DNA of 64,000 nt from Octopus vulgaris (lineage: Eukaryota): the NCBI GenBank assembly GCA_951406725.2, contig OX597816.1:57970001-58034000 (forward strand), read 5' to 3'. The notes under the pieces were generated by a model, which was not told the origin of the DNA, ran no database searches, and saw only the letters and a list, made by a program, of their open reading frames with translations. How positions within the stretch are numbered: the first letter of the stretch is position 1; each line of letters starts with the position of its first letter. The position numbers and the translations under genes were made by a program. This document shows, in pieces, positions 24,699 through 38,268 of this stretch.

Positions 24699-26422
24699 CT
24701 AAATAAATAAATGATTAAATCACTGAAATAGCTTTAAATAGATTGGAATACTTTAGCAAGCAATTTAATGAGAACCTAACAGATAAATTAAAATTGCGTT
24801 AAGGCTTTTATTAGCATATTTCTGCTGAAATGTGTTCTCCTTGTTTCAAGTTTGAGAATAATGAGGAATTTAATAAAATAATTGTCATTATTAAGATGGT
24901 GCTTGGAAGATAATCTGAAACTTTGGTGGAAGGTTTTAATTTAGATCATTTTGACCCTTTTGTTACCATATTTGTGTTGAAACTGTTTTTGTTTCAATTA
25001 ATTTTGGAAATAATGATGACTATAGTAAAGCTGGTGTTTGGAATACAGCCGGAAATTTGATAGGTTTTCATTGAAATCACTTTAAAACATTAAGTTTGTA
25101 TCATAGACCCAGGGGCAGTCAAAAGTGGATTCTATATCATCATCAATATTTAATGCTTGACTTTTATGCTGGCATGGGTTGGACAGTTTGACGGGAATTG
25201 GTAAGCCAGAGGACTGCACTAAGCTTCGTTCTTTGGTTTGGCAAGGTTTTTACAGGTGCTGGGCCTCATGGAGGCAATGACTGAGACCTTTGGCATTATG
25301 TTGTGCTTGAGAAAAAGACCCATCAAGCTAAGCAAAATCAGTCGTGGCACATACTGGTGTCATGCAAATTGACATCTGTGCCAGTGGCACGTAAAAGCAC
25401 CTCGGTGTCACCAAATTGTACCTATGCTGGTGGCACATAAAAGCACCCATTACACTCTCGGAGTGGTTAGCGTTAGGAAGGGCATCCAGCTGTAGAAACC
25501 ATGCCAAATCAGACTGGAATCTGGTGCAGCCTTCCAGCTTCCCAGCCCCAGTCAACAGCCCATGGATAACAGATGTTAAATGATGATGATTATGGTGCCT
25601 CTTCCTAATGTCAACCATTTTACATATGTCATAAAAGAGTGTATTGTGAAACTCTGTGATTAATATCATAGGCCTGGTACCACAATGAAATAAAAGGTTG
25701 TAGGTGTTTGTATCTGGCAAATTATGAGATGGGTGGAAGATGCCAAGAAAACCGAGGTAAAAGCAATGTATGTACATATATGTATTTGTATTTGTGCCAG
25801 CTCTGTCTGGCACCTGTGCGGGTGGCACGTAAAAAGCACCCACTACACTCACGGAGTGGTTGGCGTTAGGAAGGGCATCCAACCGTAGAAACACTGCCAG
25901 ATTTGACTGGGCCTGATGAAGCCTTCTGGTTTCACAGAACCCAGTAGAACCGTCCAACCCATGCTAGCATGGAAAACGGATGCTAAACGATGATGATGAT
26001 GATATATGCTAGTACCCACTGACTGGCCCCTGTACCAGTGGCGCATAAAAAGCACTATCTGAATGTGATTGATGCCAGGCCCACTAGACTGGCTCCTGTG
26101 CCGGTGGCACATAAAAAGCACCCACTTCACTCTCAGAGTGGTTGGCGTTAGGAAAGGTATCCAGCTGTAGAAACATTGCCAGATCAGACTGGAGCCTGGT
26201 GTGGCCTCCTGGCTCTCTAGACATCAGTCAAACCGTCCAACCCATGCCAGCATGGAAAACAGCCGTTAAACAATTATGATGATGAATGTGTGTGTTTGAG
26301 AAAATGTTAGAATGAGGAGCATAGAAACTATTAAAATGAGAGAGAGATTCTGGATTAGAAATGTTAAAGTAGTAAAATGTAAGTAAAAGCAAGAAGGTAA
26401 ATGTTGTTTTTCTGCTTCATAC

Positions 26423-26569
26423 CAGTGTAATCCGGTTTGAACCTGAAGAGGACGTTCAGCTGGTGGACGGCCATCTTTTGTAGAGAATCTAAATGAATTT
26501 GGTGATACTTTGAAGCGAGTTCAATAGGAAGGAGAGGAATGGGGCTGTCAGTGTCTCTTGTAGCAAAAC
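26423..26569 (-). CDS. FANCA: FANCA exon (covers human exons 10+11), 147 nt, phase 1->1
   Basis: tctttttccag|FATRDTDSPIPLLPIELASKYHQIHLDSLQKMAVHQLNVLFRFKPDYT|gtatga. The C-terminal half matches human [25 protein letters not shown]. Confidence 0.85.
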
Positions 26570-26621
26570 CTGGAAAAAGACAAGAGAAAATATCAGCTTA
26601 TATTGTGATTGTGCATTTGTA

Positions 26622-27198
26622 TGTGTGGGGAATTACAACTGTGTTTCGTGGTCTGCTACCACAACAGCTCCTTTATAGGATCCAGTTAGCTCAAGACATC
26701 ATCAGGAGGAACCACGTCCGGTTTCGGACCCTACTCCTCTACCGTTTTGACGTGGCGCCTCCCCACTTTTCGGAGGTGTCTTCATCTCTGGTGTTGGGTG
26801 CATGTCTTCTTTCTTCTGTTCCCTGGCCTCTTCAATGTATCGTCAGCAAGTGTCAGATGGTGACTGACTGTCTTGTCAAATTTCTCCCTTTAAATACCTG
26901 CCGCATAGGCTCCAGCCTTCCTGGTAGATTGTATTAGCCAGGTTTTCGAGCTTTTGTTTGTCGTCACCTTTGAATTCGGTGGTCGTTCTTGCTATCTCGT
27001 CATCAAATTTTTTTATAACTCGCTGCGTCATTTGCTTTCGGCCACTTAACCTTTGTCCTCTTCACACCTAACAGTCTTTTTGACTGTTCCAATTCAACTG
27101 TGGAATGAACCTCGCTATGGTTATTTTCTGGGGGGTTCTGGCCACACGTCTTATGGTTTATCAACCCGCGTTGTTGAATTACATTCTTCTGGCACACA
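26622..27198. mobile_element. Possible solo LTR
   Basis: TGTG...CACA termini, near-match 5-bp flanks (ttgta/ttgtg), CpG-richer than its surroundings. Confidence 0.35.
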
Positions 27199-28159
27199 TT
27201 GTGAGTGAATTTGATAGATGTGAACTGAATGGAAACCATTGTGTGTGTGTGTGTATTTATAAAACTGCTGTAACTGACTATATGCATGTATGCACAAATA
27301 TTGTGTCACAAACTTGGGCACCAAACTGTTAATCGTTAACTAACGAAGTAAAAACTATTGAAAAGGTTACACGATGCAACGAAAATTTTAGAAAAATAAA
27401 AAAGAAATAAGTGGAAATTTTACCAGTGAGTGTGTCAAATAATAAGGCACCAAAAGAGAATGACTCTCCCCAGACACAACAGAATATGCTTCAACATATG
27501 CGGCGACCTGGCAGAAACGTTAGCATGCCAGGCGAAATGCTTTGTGGTATTTTGTCCGCTGCTGCGTTCTGAGTTCAAATTCCGCCGAAGTCGACTTTGC
27601 CTTTCATCCCTTCGGGGTCGATAAATTAAGTACCAGTTATGCACTGGGGTCGATGTAATCAACTTAATCCCTTTGTCTGTCCCCTTTGTGGGCAATAAAG
27701 AAATAAGAATATGCTTCAACACACGAACTCACATAAAGAATCTTGCAAACCAAATCCCAAAACAAAATAACATTTTCATTAATAATTTAACTTTTAAGTT
27801 AACGCTGGAAATCATTATCAAAATAATTAACTTCCATTTCATTTTACTTTCATTTACTCAAGTTAACTTCCATTAACTTCAATTTAATCGAAGCGTTAAT
27901 AGTTTATTGATAACCTCCGTTACATTTTTAAAGAATTAGCTGAATAACTGATTAACCTTCCGAATAAGATTGCCCACCTTTGGGGTGTCCAGTTGTCATT
28001 TTATATGAGAAACTTAACAGTGATAAACAGAGGTTTAGAAAATATTGGGTTTGATATGATAGACAAACCCTTGACTGTGATGCTGCAGTATGGCCAGAGT
28101 TTAGTGACTGAAACTTGTAAAAACAAAAACTTAAAATAAAGCTGTATATGTTGCCTTAC

Positions 28160-28193
28160 CTTGTGTTATTAAAGTAAAAATGTTCAAAGAATC
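28160..28193 (-). CDS. FANCA: FANCA exon (exon 9 equivalent), 34 nt, phase 0->1
   Basis: ttttcttacacag|DSLNIFTLITQ(G)|gtaagg. Same 34-nt size and phases as human exon 9 (recalled). Confidence 0.72.
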
Positions 28194-29690
28194 CTGTGTA
28201 AGAAAATTAAGAAAGGTTAATTAGAAATTAAATGCATCATTAATTAAAACCTTTAAAATATGAAAAACAAAGAGAGTTAAAAGTATTGCATTACTAGATT
28301 GTGGTACATCTACCATGGGAAAGGATGAATTATGCTTGGTGGTGGCCTAGTGAGGCAATCTCAGGCATGCAGATTTTCTTCATACATTTTATATTTTACT
28401 TGTTTCAGTCATTTGACTGCTGCCATGCTGGGGCACTACCTTAAAAATCTTTTAGTCAAATGAAGTGACTCCTGTGCATTTTTTTTAAAGCCTAGTACTT
28501 ATCCTCTTGGTCTCTTTTGCTAAACCACTGGGTTATGGACACGGAAACACACCAACGTTGATTGTCAAGCGATGGTGGCGTCAAATACAGACACAAAGGC
28601 ATACACACATTATATACGTATGTGTGTGAGTGGCTTCTTCAGGTTTCCATCTTCAAAACCCACTGAAAAGGCTACAGTAGAAGACGCTCGCCCAAGGTGT
28701 CATGCAATGGGACTGAACTCGGAACCATGTGACTCAGATGTAAGCATCTTACCAATCAGCAATGAATGTGATATGATATCAACATGCTTATCTAATCATT
28801 GACAACTCATGGAAATAAGGGTTGGCAACAGGATGAGCATCTAGCCATAGAAAAAGAAAAAATCTACCTCAATGAATCCCGTCTGACTGACACAAATACA
28901 GTAAAATACATGTTAAAACAACGATGATGAACTGAAAGTGAAGTAGAGGGTTGTGTAATGGCCATGGTACTAAACTCTCAAATTTACTTATTTATAAATA
29001 GGTACCATGATGAGGTTAGATCTACTTTGGGAGGTAGCAACACTAACAGTATAATACAACTGAATTGTTTTGTTATATTGTACAAGGTTGAGATACAGTC
29101 TTAATCACACAGCCAGACCTGCTTTATCCCATGTCAAAGCTGGAATTAGCTCCAAAACCCTTTTTGGAAGCAGAAGCTATAGACAAAATATCAGTGGTGA
29201 AAAATGCTAGTCTGGCACTGTTGGTTCTAATGATGAGGGTTCCATTAATGGAACAGAATGCTGGTGAAATAAACGGGCAAGTGGCACCAGGTTCCATCGT
29301 CTGTTTACACTTGGTTTCTACACGTGATGCCCTTCATAATGCCAACCACTTTACAGTGTCCCGGGTGCTTTTTACATGGCACTATCACCAGTACGTTTTA
29401 TGTGGCACCCTCACCAGTGCTTTTTATTTAGCACCAGCACCAATGCGTTCTATGTGGAACCATCAACAGCGCATTTTATGTGGAACCAGCACTACTCTTT
29501 TACTTGTTTCAGTCATTTGACTGCGGCCATGCTGGAGCACCGCCTTTAATCGAGCAACTCAACCCCGGGACTTATTCTTTTTGTAATCCCAGTACTTATT
29601 CTATCAGTCTCTTTTGCCGAACCGCTAAGTAATGGGGACGTAAACACACCAGCATCGGTTGTCAAGCAATGCTAGGGGGACAAACACACA

Positions 29691-29727
<37 letters not shown>

Positions 29728-30052
29728 CGGGCTTCTTTTAGTTTCCGTCTACCAAATCCACTCACAAGGCTTTGGTCGGCCCGAGGCTATAGTAGAAGAC
29801 ACTTGCCCAAGGTGCCACGCAGTGGGACTGAACCCGGAACCATGTGGTTGGTAAACAAGCTACTTACCACACAGCCACTCCTAGTGCATTTTATACGTGA
29901 CACTAGCACCAATGTTTTTTACATGGAACTATAACTGTTTTTTTATGTGGAACCAGCACCAGTGCTTTTTGTTACGTGGCACATCAAAAATAATGAAGAA
30001 TAATAAACTTCAATGTAAGGATGAAAGACTGTGTCATAGAAATCTTTCTTAC

Positions 30053-30126
30053 CTGTTGAAGAATGGAAGTTTGCTGACAGGTGCTGGTGACAGGGAACGA
30101 CTGGTTGATAAGTATACCAGAAATAT
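30053..30126 (-). CDS. FANCA: FANCA exon (exon 8 equivalent), 74 nt, phase 1->0
   Basis: cattcctgtag|(N)ISGILINQSFPVTSTCQQTSILQQ|gtaaga. Phases match human exon 8. Confidence 0.7.
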
Positions 30127-31892
30127 CTACAGGAATGACAATGATTTGAAGAAAGAGTCAGAAATATTTTAGACTATAGTTTTTTCACAACTATCACCAT
30201 CATCCTTGTAAGGGTTGGACAGAACTTATGGAAGCAGATTTTCTACAGCTGAACGCCATTCCTGTTGCTAACCCTCACCTGTTTCCAAGCAACAGAATAT
30301 TTCCTCATGCTTTTACAGAATATAATACCCATCTGACCCATGCCAGCATGGAAAACAGACGTTAAATGATGATGATGAATGACAGTGACCCTCACATCTG
30401 TCATCATCATCGAAAACAAGGAGACAAACGCACACAATGGACTTCTCCCAGTTTCTGTGTACTGTAGCTTCAGGACTACAGTAAGACACATTTGCCCACA
30501 GTGGGGTGGGACTGAACCCAAAACCATGGAATTGGCAATCACACTTCTTAACCACACAGTCACATCTGTGTCTATATAAGTTGTTATCTAATAATGTATG
30601 ATTGTATTTGTACATTGGATCATGATATTATATTTTTTATTTCTATGTTAATGTTGATTAAATGACTACTCAGTCCAAACCACTGTATTATCCCACTTAC
30701 CCCCCCCATATCCCGAGGGCATGACTTAACACATCTTCACCACCATCTCTCACATAACTGCCCCCTTTATCTCACCCTCTCATTTCTTTGTATTACTCTT
30801 ACTTGCTCTCCCAACTGTAACTACTCTCCAGCAAGGCCCCTATCCTTGTCCCTCTGTACCTTTGATCCCTCAACTGGTGCAAAGCCACCCCTACCTCAAT
30901 ACTACTACCCCCACCCCTGAGCCAAGAAGTTACGCCTTGGAAGTTCCTTAGTGACCCTGTTAGCACCGATGCCATGTAAAAAGCACCCAGTCCACTCTGT
31001 AAAGTGGTTGGTGTTAGGAAGGGCATTGAGCTGTGGAAACCATACCAAAACAGACAATGTAGCCAAGTGTGGTCCTCAGTCTTACCAGTTCCTGTTAAAC
31101 TGTCCAACCCATACCAGCATGGAAAACGGCTGTTAAATGATGATGATGATGATGATATTGCTGAAGCGCTGTTTTCTTTTTTCTTTTCAAGCTGGCGGTT
31201 TTTCCTACCACCAATCCTTACCTGCTTTTTCTAGCAAGGGAGTTTTTCATCTTTGAAAGAGCAGCACTAGCAGATGGTTTGTTGATAAGGAAATGACAAC
31301 AAAGAACACCAACTACAAGTCATGCGATAACAGTCTGATTTGGCATGCTTTTCTACAGCTTGATGCCCTTCCTAATGCCAACCACTCTGAGTGCCATTTG
31401 CATGACACTGGTATCTGCCATGACTATGGTTTTGCTCAGATTGGTGGGTCTTCTCAAGCACGACATAATTGTCAAAGGTCTTGGTCATTGATATATACAC
31501 ACACACACACATACTTTCTATATACACATTTACAATATGAATACGTCATTCAAAATACTTCCCGGATTTACTTGGGATTTTAACTGAGGACCTGTACCTT
31601 TATGGAAATACCGACCAACATCCATATCCTCTGGAAAAAGAGGAATTGTGAAGATTATTCTCCTGCTTGTATTCTTCTAACTACCTTTACTCTATATTCT
31701 TCTGTTTTATTCCTTATAAACTGTGAATTTGCCCATGTCTAAAGTATTTATACCTTGTCTCTGATGACGGAATACCCAGTGCACAGACATGCTAACCAAC
31801 ATATATATATACATATATATATATATATACATACATATATACATATATATATATATACATACACGAGAAAGAAGCAACAAGAATGGATTAGT

Positions 31893-31983
31893 TTTTAGTA
31901 CAATTGTTTCATACAAAGACAGGCTTTATTACAAGTTGCAAAAATTGCAGCAGATAAAAGTGTCCCGTACTCATCAGCTAAAA
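31893..31983 (-). ncRNA. Type I hammerhead ribozyme with long stem II
   Basis: TTTTAG-CTGATGA-GTAC[long hairpin]GTAT-GAA-ACAATTGT-A-CTAAAA: 6-bp stem I, intact core, palindromic stem III, GUA cleavage triplet. Confidence 0.75.
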
Positions 31984-32089
31984 TACATTTGAGTTCTCTA
32001 GACATTTAGTGGGTGAGGTTATACTCATGAAATATTGGAGATAGTTCCATTAGAGGCAGATATAGGTTGTAAACAGTTTTCCAAAGTTC

Positions 32090-32300
32090 CTTAATGATGA
32101 TGCACAGTCTTATCACAGATTTTTAAAAACTTATTAGTTTCGAAGAGAAGATGAATCAATCCATAGTGTAGATTTAAATTTCCAGAGATATGAGGAGGAT
32201 GATGCACAGACTTATCACAGGTTTTTAAAGACTTATTAGCTTCACAGAAAAGGTGAATTAATCCATAGTGAAGATTTACATTTCCAGTGGTAAGATGAGG
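32090..32300. repeat. Diverged ~100-bp tandem duplication
   Basis: GATGATGCACAG.CTTATCACAG.TTTTTAAA.ACTTATTAG occurs twice; it appears as a repeated peptide in ORF 32091-32333. Confidence 0.75.
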
Positions 32301-34491
32301 AATTTCATACTCACAGACGATGTATTTAACCATTATTAATCCACAATCATTTCATGCTATATGATAAGGTAATTTGCCATGTTATTGCTCTCCGTGCAAA
32401 ACTGCTATGTTGAGATTTCTAAAGGCTGAAGGAATTTATTTGTGGGGCAAAGAAAATAAAATAAAAGAAAAAGGAAAGAGACAAGGAAAAAAGAAAAAGA
32501 AAAAGGAGAAGAAATAAGGAAAAGAAAAAGAAAAAGAAAAAAGAAAAAAGAAAGAGAAACGGGGGAGAAGGATAGAAAAGAAAAAGAGAAAAAGAAGAAA
32601 AAAGAAAAAGAAGAAAAAGGAAAAGAAAAAAAGAAAAAGTGGAATAGGGAGAAAAGAAAAGGCACCTATATAGAGTATACTGCAACAACTTAGCGGGAGG
32701 GGGTTTTTAAAGTGACCAAATACAGAAGAATTTGTAGATAACTTAGTTAGCTTGAATCTTTAAGAATCTTTAAGAATTCAGGAACTATGAGGAAAAAATT
32801 ATTTTTTTGACCAGTACACAGCTATTTACTATCAACCTGACACGGATGAAAGCAGATATGAATCTAAAGAGAATTTAAAGAGATAAACAAGGTCAGGGGT
32901 AGAGGGGTCAAAAGCTATCCTCAAAAGGAAATACAATAAGAGAAAGGATCTAAGTGCAACCTTAACCAGAGGTCATTTAAATTATTTATTTATTTATTCA
33001 TGTTACTGTCTTAAAAATTGTAGCCGTTACTATCAATACATTAACGGACTACCGGTCAAAACCTAGAATTTAATTAACAAGGTGTGATGGAATTGTCTAT
33101 TTTATTGAAGTTTATCATACTACTTTCAAGGGAGTTTCTTCACTTAATTAATTTTGTAATAGAATTGTTAAGCCTTAGTAACTTAATTTATTAAAGTAGT
33201 GTTACCTAAACTAGATTAAGTTCCAAAATTAAAAATTTAAAATTAAGATTTAAGAATTAAATAAACACTAAAAATTAAGAATTAAGAATTAAATAAACTT
33301 TCAATTAAGCAATGTACGAATACTATTTTATTTCCCAATGTTTAAAATCAGGTGTAGTTACAAAGAAAAAGATAAGCATAGTGTGAGAAATTGCAGATAT
33401 CTACTTAAAAATAATGTTATACTATTAAAGACCCGGTTATATTTATCTACCTATCTTGTTACGATTATTCTATACAGTTATTCACTTAAAATATTTTAGG
33501 GTTTTCAATTTAGCGTGGACACAAACTTGTCCTACTTCAATATGGTTATTTAACAAGTTTCTATTTTTTCTATGCCTTAGAATTTCATAGGTCTCCATTG
33601 AGCAGAGTTGGCAACCAACCCTGCTATTTTTATACGGTATTGCTCTCCTAACTATTTCCCAATTAAGATTGTAATTCTTGTTATTATTTTTGAGTTCCCA
33701 GATTTTACTTGAAAGTGTGGTGGTACCAGCTTTATGACGTAATCCAAAAGATGAGATGTGATTTCTAACCCTTTTATTAAAATTTATTGTGCACCCAATG
33801 TAAAAAAAATTGTTATTCTCAGTAGATATGGTACATTTATAGATTACGTTATTTTCCCCGCAAAGACCGGGTGCCGGGCATCTTGACTTAATTCTACACT
33901 TACACGCAGGAGGAACAACTTCAGAAGTTGGATTATTCATGGGTAGATGTCTTATGTTCTTATTATTATGATTATCATGAGTATAATTATCCTTATTATT
34001 ATTATTATTTTTATAGTTGGTGCTGTTATCTAAAGCATTGTTATTATTTATTGATCCTATTGCTCCATCTTTTAGGTCTAAAGTCCTACCATGATTATTT
34101 ACATTATTAGTAATGTTACTATTATTGTTAGTATTATTATCAAACTGTGTATTGTTACTATAGATATCACTGATATTTTCCTTCTCCGCGTTTTCTCTAT
34201 TAGCCTTACTTCTATTATTAACATTTTTACTTCTATTAGTATCGGTATTATTACTATTCTTATTACTGCTAATATTATTATTAGTCGTTTTGTGGTTATT
34301 GATTCCATCCGTGTTTTGATAGTTACTATTGTTGCGTTTATTGTTGTTAGTATTGCTATAATTGTTATTAGTATTCCTGTTGTTATTATTATTTTTATTT
34401 TCATCTTTCCTGGCTAGTTTAATGTTGTTATTATTAATCTTAGCTATTAAAGTGGACATATTTGGGAGGGTTGAATAAGAAATTCTAACTG

Positions 34492-34522
<31 letters not shown>

Positions 34523-34761
34523 CACACACACACACATATATACGACAGGCTTCTTTCAGTTTCCGTCTACCAAATCCACTCACAAAGCATTGGTCGGCCC
34601 AGGGCTATAGCAAAAGACACTTGCCCAAGATGCCACGCAGTGGGACTGAACTCGGAACCATGTGGTTGGTTAGCAAGCTACTTACCACACAGCCACTCCT
34701 GCGCCTATAATATAATATAATATATATATATATATATATATACATACATACATACATACAC

Positions 34762-35325
34762 AGGCCATGTCAGTGAAACATGGACCGTGACTGCTGAGGA
34801 CATGCGTAAGCTCGCAAGGAATGAAGCCAGTATGATCCGATGGATGTGTAATGTCAGTGTTCATACTCGACAGAGTGTAAGTACCTTGAGAGAAAAGTTG
34901 GACTTAAGAAAGCATCAGATGTGGTGTGCAAGAGAGAAGATTGTGCAGGTATGGTCATGTGGCAAGAATGGATGAGGATAGCTGTGTGAAAAAGTGCCAC
35001 ACCCTAGCAGTTGAGGGAACCTGTGGAAGTGGTAAACCTAGGAAGACCTGGGATGAAGTGGTGAAGCACGACCTTCGAACATTAGGCCTCACAGAGGCAC
35101 TGACCAGTGACCAAGACTTTTGGAAATAAGCTGTGCTTGAGAAGACCTGGCAAGCCAAGTGAAACCATAACCTCGTGGCCTGTGCCAGGGGTGTAACCAG
35201 CCCACTTATGCGTACCTTCCCTTTGTTGGACACTGCTTACGAAGACCTGTTGAGGCAAGTGAAATCGAAATCAAATTTGATGACCGGCATCTGTGCTAGT
35301 GGAGCACTAAGAGCAACATCCGAGA
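34762..35325 (+). mobile_element. Degenerate RTE ORF C-terminal fragment
   Basis: TAEDMRKLARNEASMIRWMCNVS...KPRKTWDEVVKHDLRTLGLTEA, with frameshift and stop. Confidence 0.85.
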
Positions 35326-35963
35326 GTAAGTACTAACATGTGTGAATGAGTTACTGTCTCCTTACATTGATGTCATGTAATAACTGTAAATGAGAGTCAC
35401 TAGCATGCAAGAGGCATCCATTTCCAGTCTTCTGTGCACAAACATGTCTGGTCATCGGGGAAACATTACCTTATCTGGAAACAAGTGAAGGCTGGCAACA
35501 GGAAAGGTATCTGGTCATACTAAATCCATCTGAACAAACTGTGTCCCACCCATGTAAAAGTAGGGGAAAAGTAGATAAGACAATGATGATGGTGAGGATT
35601 ATGATGATTCCGATTGTGGCCGTTGCCAGCCTCGCCTGGCCCCCGTGCCGGTGGCACGTAAAAAGCACCATCCGACCGTGGCCGTTTGCCAGCCCCAACT
35701 GGCACCTGTGCCGGTGGCACGTAAAAAGCACCCACTACACTCACAGAGTGGTTGGCGTTAGGAAGGGCATCCAGCCGTAGAAACATTGCTAGATCAGACT
35801 GGGCCTGGTGCAGCCTTCTGGCTTCCCAGACCCCAGTTGAACCGTCCAACCCATGCTAGCATGGAAAGCGGACGCTAAATGATGATGATGATGATGTATA
35901 AACCAACAGAACTTTACAAACCTTTGAGAAGAGATTTTCGTTTATCTGTATGTGTTAATTTAC

Positions 35964-36028
35964 TTGAAATGCACAGCTTCAGGATCCTGTCCGCAATCAG
36001 TTGACATTGGTAAGATTTGTCAACTTTT
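35964..36028 (-). CDS. FANCA: FANCA exon (exon 7 equivalent, shorter), 65 nt, phase 2->1
   Basis: atatttcag|KVDKSYQCQLIADRILKLCIS|gtaaat. Phases fit both neighbours; sequence similarity to human is weak. Confidence 0.65.
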
Positions 36029-37903
36029 CTGAAATATCAATATATAAAATATACAACACCAAACAAGCTGATAACGCAACACACACATTCACACACGTTG
36101 ATGTTTGTTGTTATGTTCACTTATAATAAGAACAATTTTACATTAATCTGAAGGGTTACTCAGTGCTTTTGTAGAACACTAATTTGGTATTCTTGAAGAA
36201 GAATATCATCTGACAATGCATTAGCAGGCCAAAACTTCAAAGTCACTATTCTGGTTGTACTAGGCTTCAATCTGATCTGGCAAAGTTTCTACAGCTGGAC
36301 ACCCTTCCTCACACCAACCACTCCGAGAGTGTAGTGGGTGCTTTTTACGTGGCAGTGTCACGGGAGGCAGTCGGGCAGCACTGGCAACATCACGCTCGAA
36401 TGGTGCTATTTATGCGCCACTGTCACGGGAGCCACAACAATGACTTCACTTGACTCAACAGGTCTTCACAAGCGCAGTTTATTGCCAAATGATTGAAGGC
36501 TATTCTTAAATGGGTTGGCATAGGCTATGGCTACACTCTCACTTGGCTTGCCAGGTCTCCTCATGCACAGCATATCCCCAAAGGGATCAGTCACTCTCTC
36601 TCTTTCTATATATTGTTAATAATTGTTAACATATTGCCAACTAAGGCTTTACATGGAAGGCTTTCAAAATACATATCTTAATGGTCAGATTTTTCAAACT
36701 TTTGTCTATATTTGATTTTAAATACGACAATACAATATGAACGCTGCTCATCCATAAGTTTCCTGAACTGTATCTATTACCAAACCAATGAAAATAATTC
36801 ATCTATACCAGTCGACTAATAATTCTTTTTACGACCTAACTTCTCCATTTATTTTATTATATAATCTTCCCTTGTATATTTAAGTATTGTTCTTTCCTTT
36901 TATTTAGATTTATATTCAACATATATTTATATTTTTCTTTACATATTGGTCTTACTTTACCTTTCTTTTTATGCTATTTTAATTTCATTTTACCTGTACT
37001 TACATCTATAATTCACTAAATACATACGCATAATATATATATTCTAACTTCTTCAACTTAGTAATTCGTCTGCGTCCTTTCAGGTGTGTTGACCCTTGTT
37101 GTATAAAGTTCATGGGGCCCTTATGGGATTCTACCCCATGTGGTTGGTGTTGATGGCTAATTCTTGGCATGTGGCTCTACTCAAATGCTTAGAGTTGCGA
37201 GTCACCTGGGGGGCACAAATCAGGACGCATGTGGGGGCTTTTGGCATCTATCATTTCATAGAGCTTCATAATTTGTAATGTATTTGTATTGTTTTTCTGA
37301 CAAAAGACCGAGACCTCTGGAGATATGCTGTAACTGAGAAGACCCAGCAAATAAGGCGAGTTCACAGTTGTAACCTACACCAATGTCACATAACCAGCCC
37401 ACTCAAAAGTACCTTGGATTGTAGGGCAACATGCTGTGCTTGAGGAGACCTATTGAGTCAACCACATCAAAACTGAAATCAAATGGAAATTGTAGTTGTG
37501 ATCCCCATGCTGGTGGCACGTAAAAAGCACCACACAAATGTGGCCGATGCCAGCGCTGCCTTGACTGGCTTCCATGCCGGTGGCACGTAAAAAGCACCAA
37601 CAGATCGTGGTCGTTGCCAGCCCCCTCTGGCCCCTGTACAGGTGGCATGTAAAAAGCACCCACTACACTCTCAGAGTGGTTGGTGTTAGGAAGGGCATCA
37701 AGCTGTAGAAACACTGCCAGATCAGACAGGAGCCTGGTGCAGCCTCCTGTCTTCCTAGACCCCAGTCGAACCATCCAACCCATGCCAGCATGGAAAACGG
37801 ACACTAAATGATAATGACTTTCAACATCATTATATCATACAAATGGATTGTTTGTGCATTCATGGTTCTCTATTTTCTGTCTTTCAATATTAATTTATTA
37901 TGT

Positions 37904-38268
37904 ACTAGCAGTATCACCCGGCGTTGCTCGGGTTTGTAAGGGAAATAACTATATAAGCATTTTTAGAGAGTTATAGCCAAAAAATAGCAAAAAAATGCAT
38001 TAAAAATGGTAAATTTTTTTTTAAATCGTTGACTCATCGTAGACATTTTTAGAGAGTTACTTCCCTTATATAATAGCGAAAAATGCATTAAAATGGAAAA
38101 AAATGATGGTAAATTTTTGTAGATGCGCGCTAATACCCAGAAGGGCTCGATATGAATCACGACTATAAGATACCCGCTTTTGATTACACTGCACCGCAAA
38201 ATGTGGGAGTAGTTAGGAATCTAAATCGTAGGAGACAGACACACAACCTCACTTTTATATATAAAGAT
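37904..38268 (+). mobile_element. Helentron/DINE-like non-autonomous element
   Basis: ACTAGC start with CCCGGCGTTGCTCGGG hairpin, ACAGAC repeat and TTTTATATATAAAGAT end. An inverted copy lies at ~39190-39588 and a related element at ~48570-49575. Confidence 0.55.

Larger units (their letters stand above)
31860..34495 (-). mobile_element. 5'-truncated Penelope-like element: GIY-YIG endonuclease, long 3' region, hammerhead-bearing terminus
   Basis: ORF 33482-34495: VRISYSTLPNM...CKCRIKSRCP...NVIYKC...FYIGCT...RVRNH...CQLCSME...LLN. Hammerhead at 31893-31983. Continuity across 32000-33480 is inferred. Confidence 0.75.

Noticed and set aside
31933-31977. 45-nt phase 1-1 exon candidate (TDEYGTLLSAAIFAT) between exons 7 and 8
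   Set aside because: It coincides with the hammerhead core of a Penelope terminus, which explains the sequence better; exonisation cannot be excluded without RNA data.
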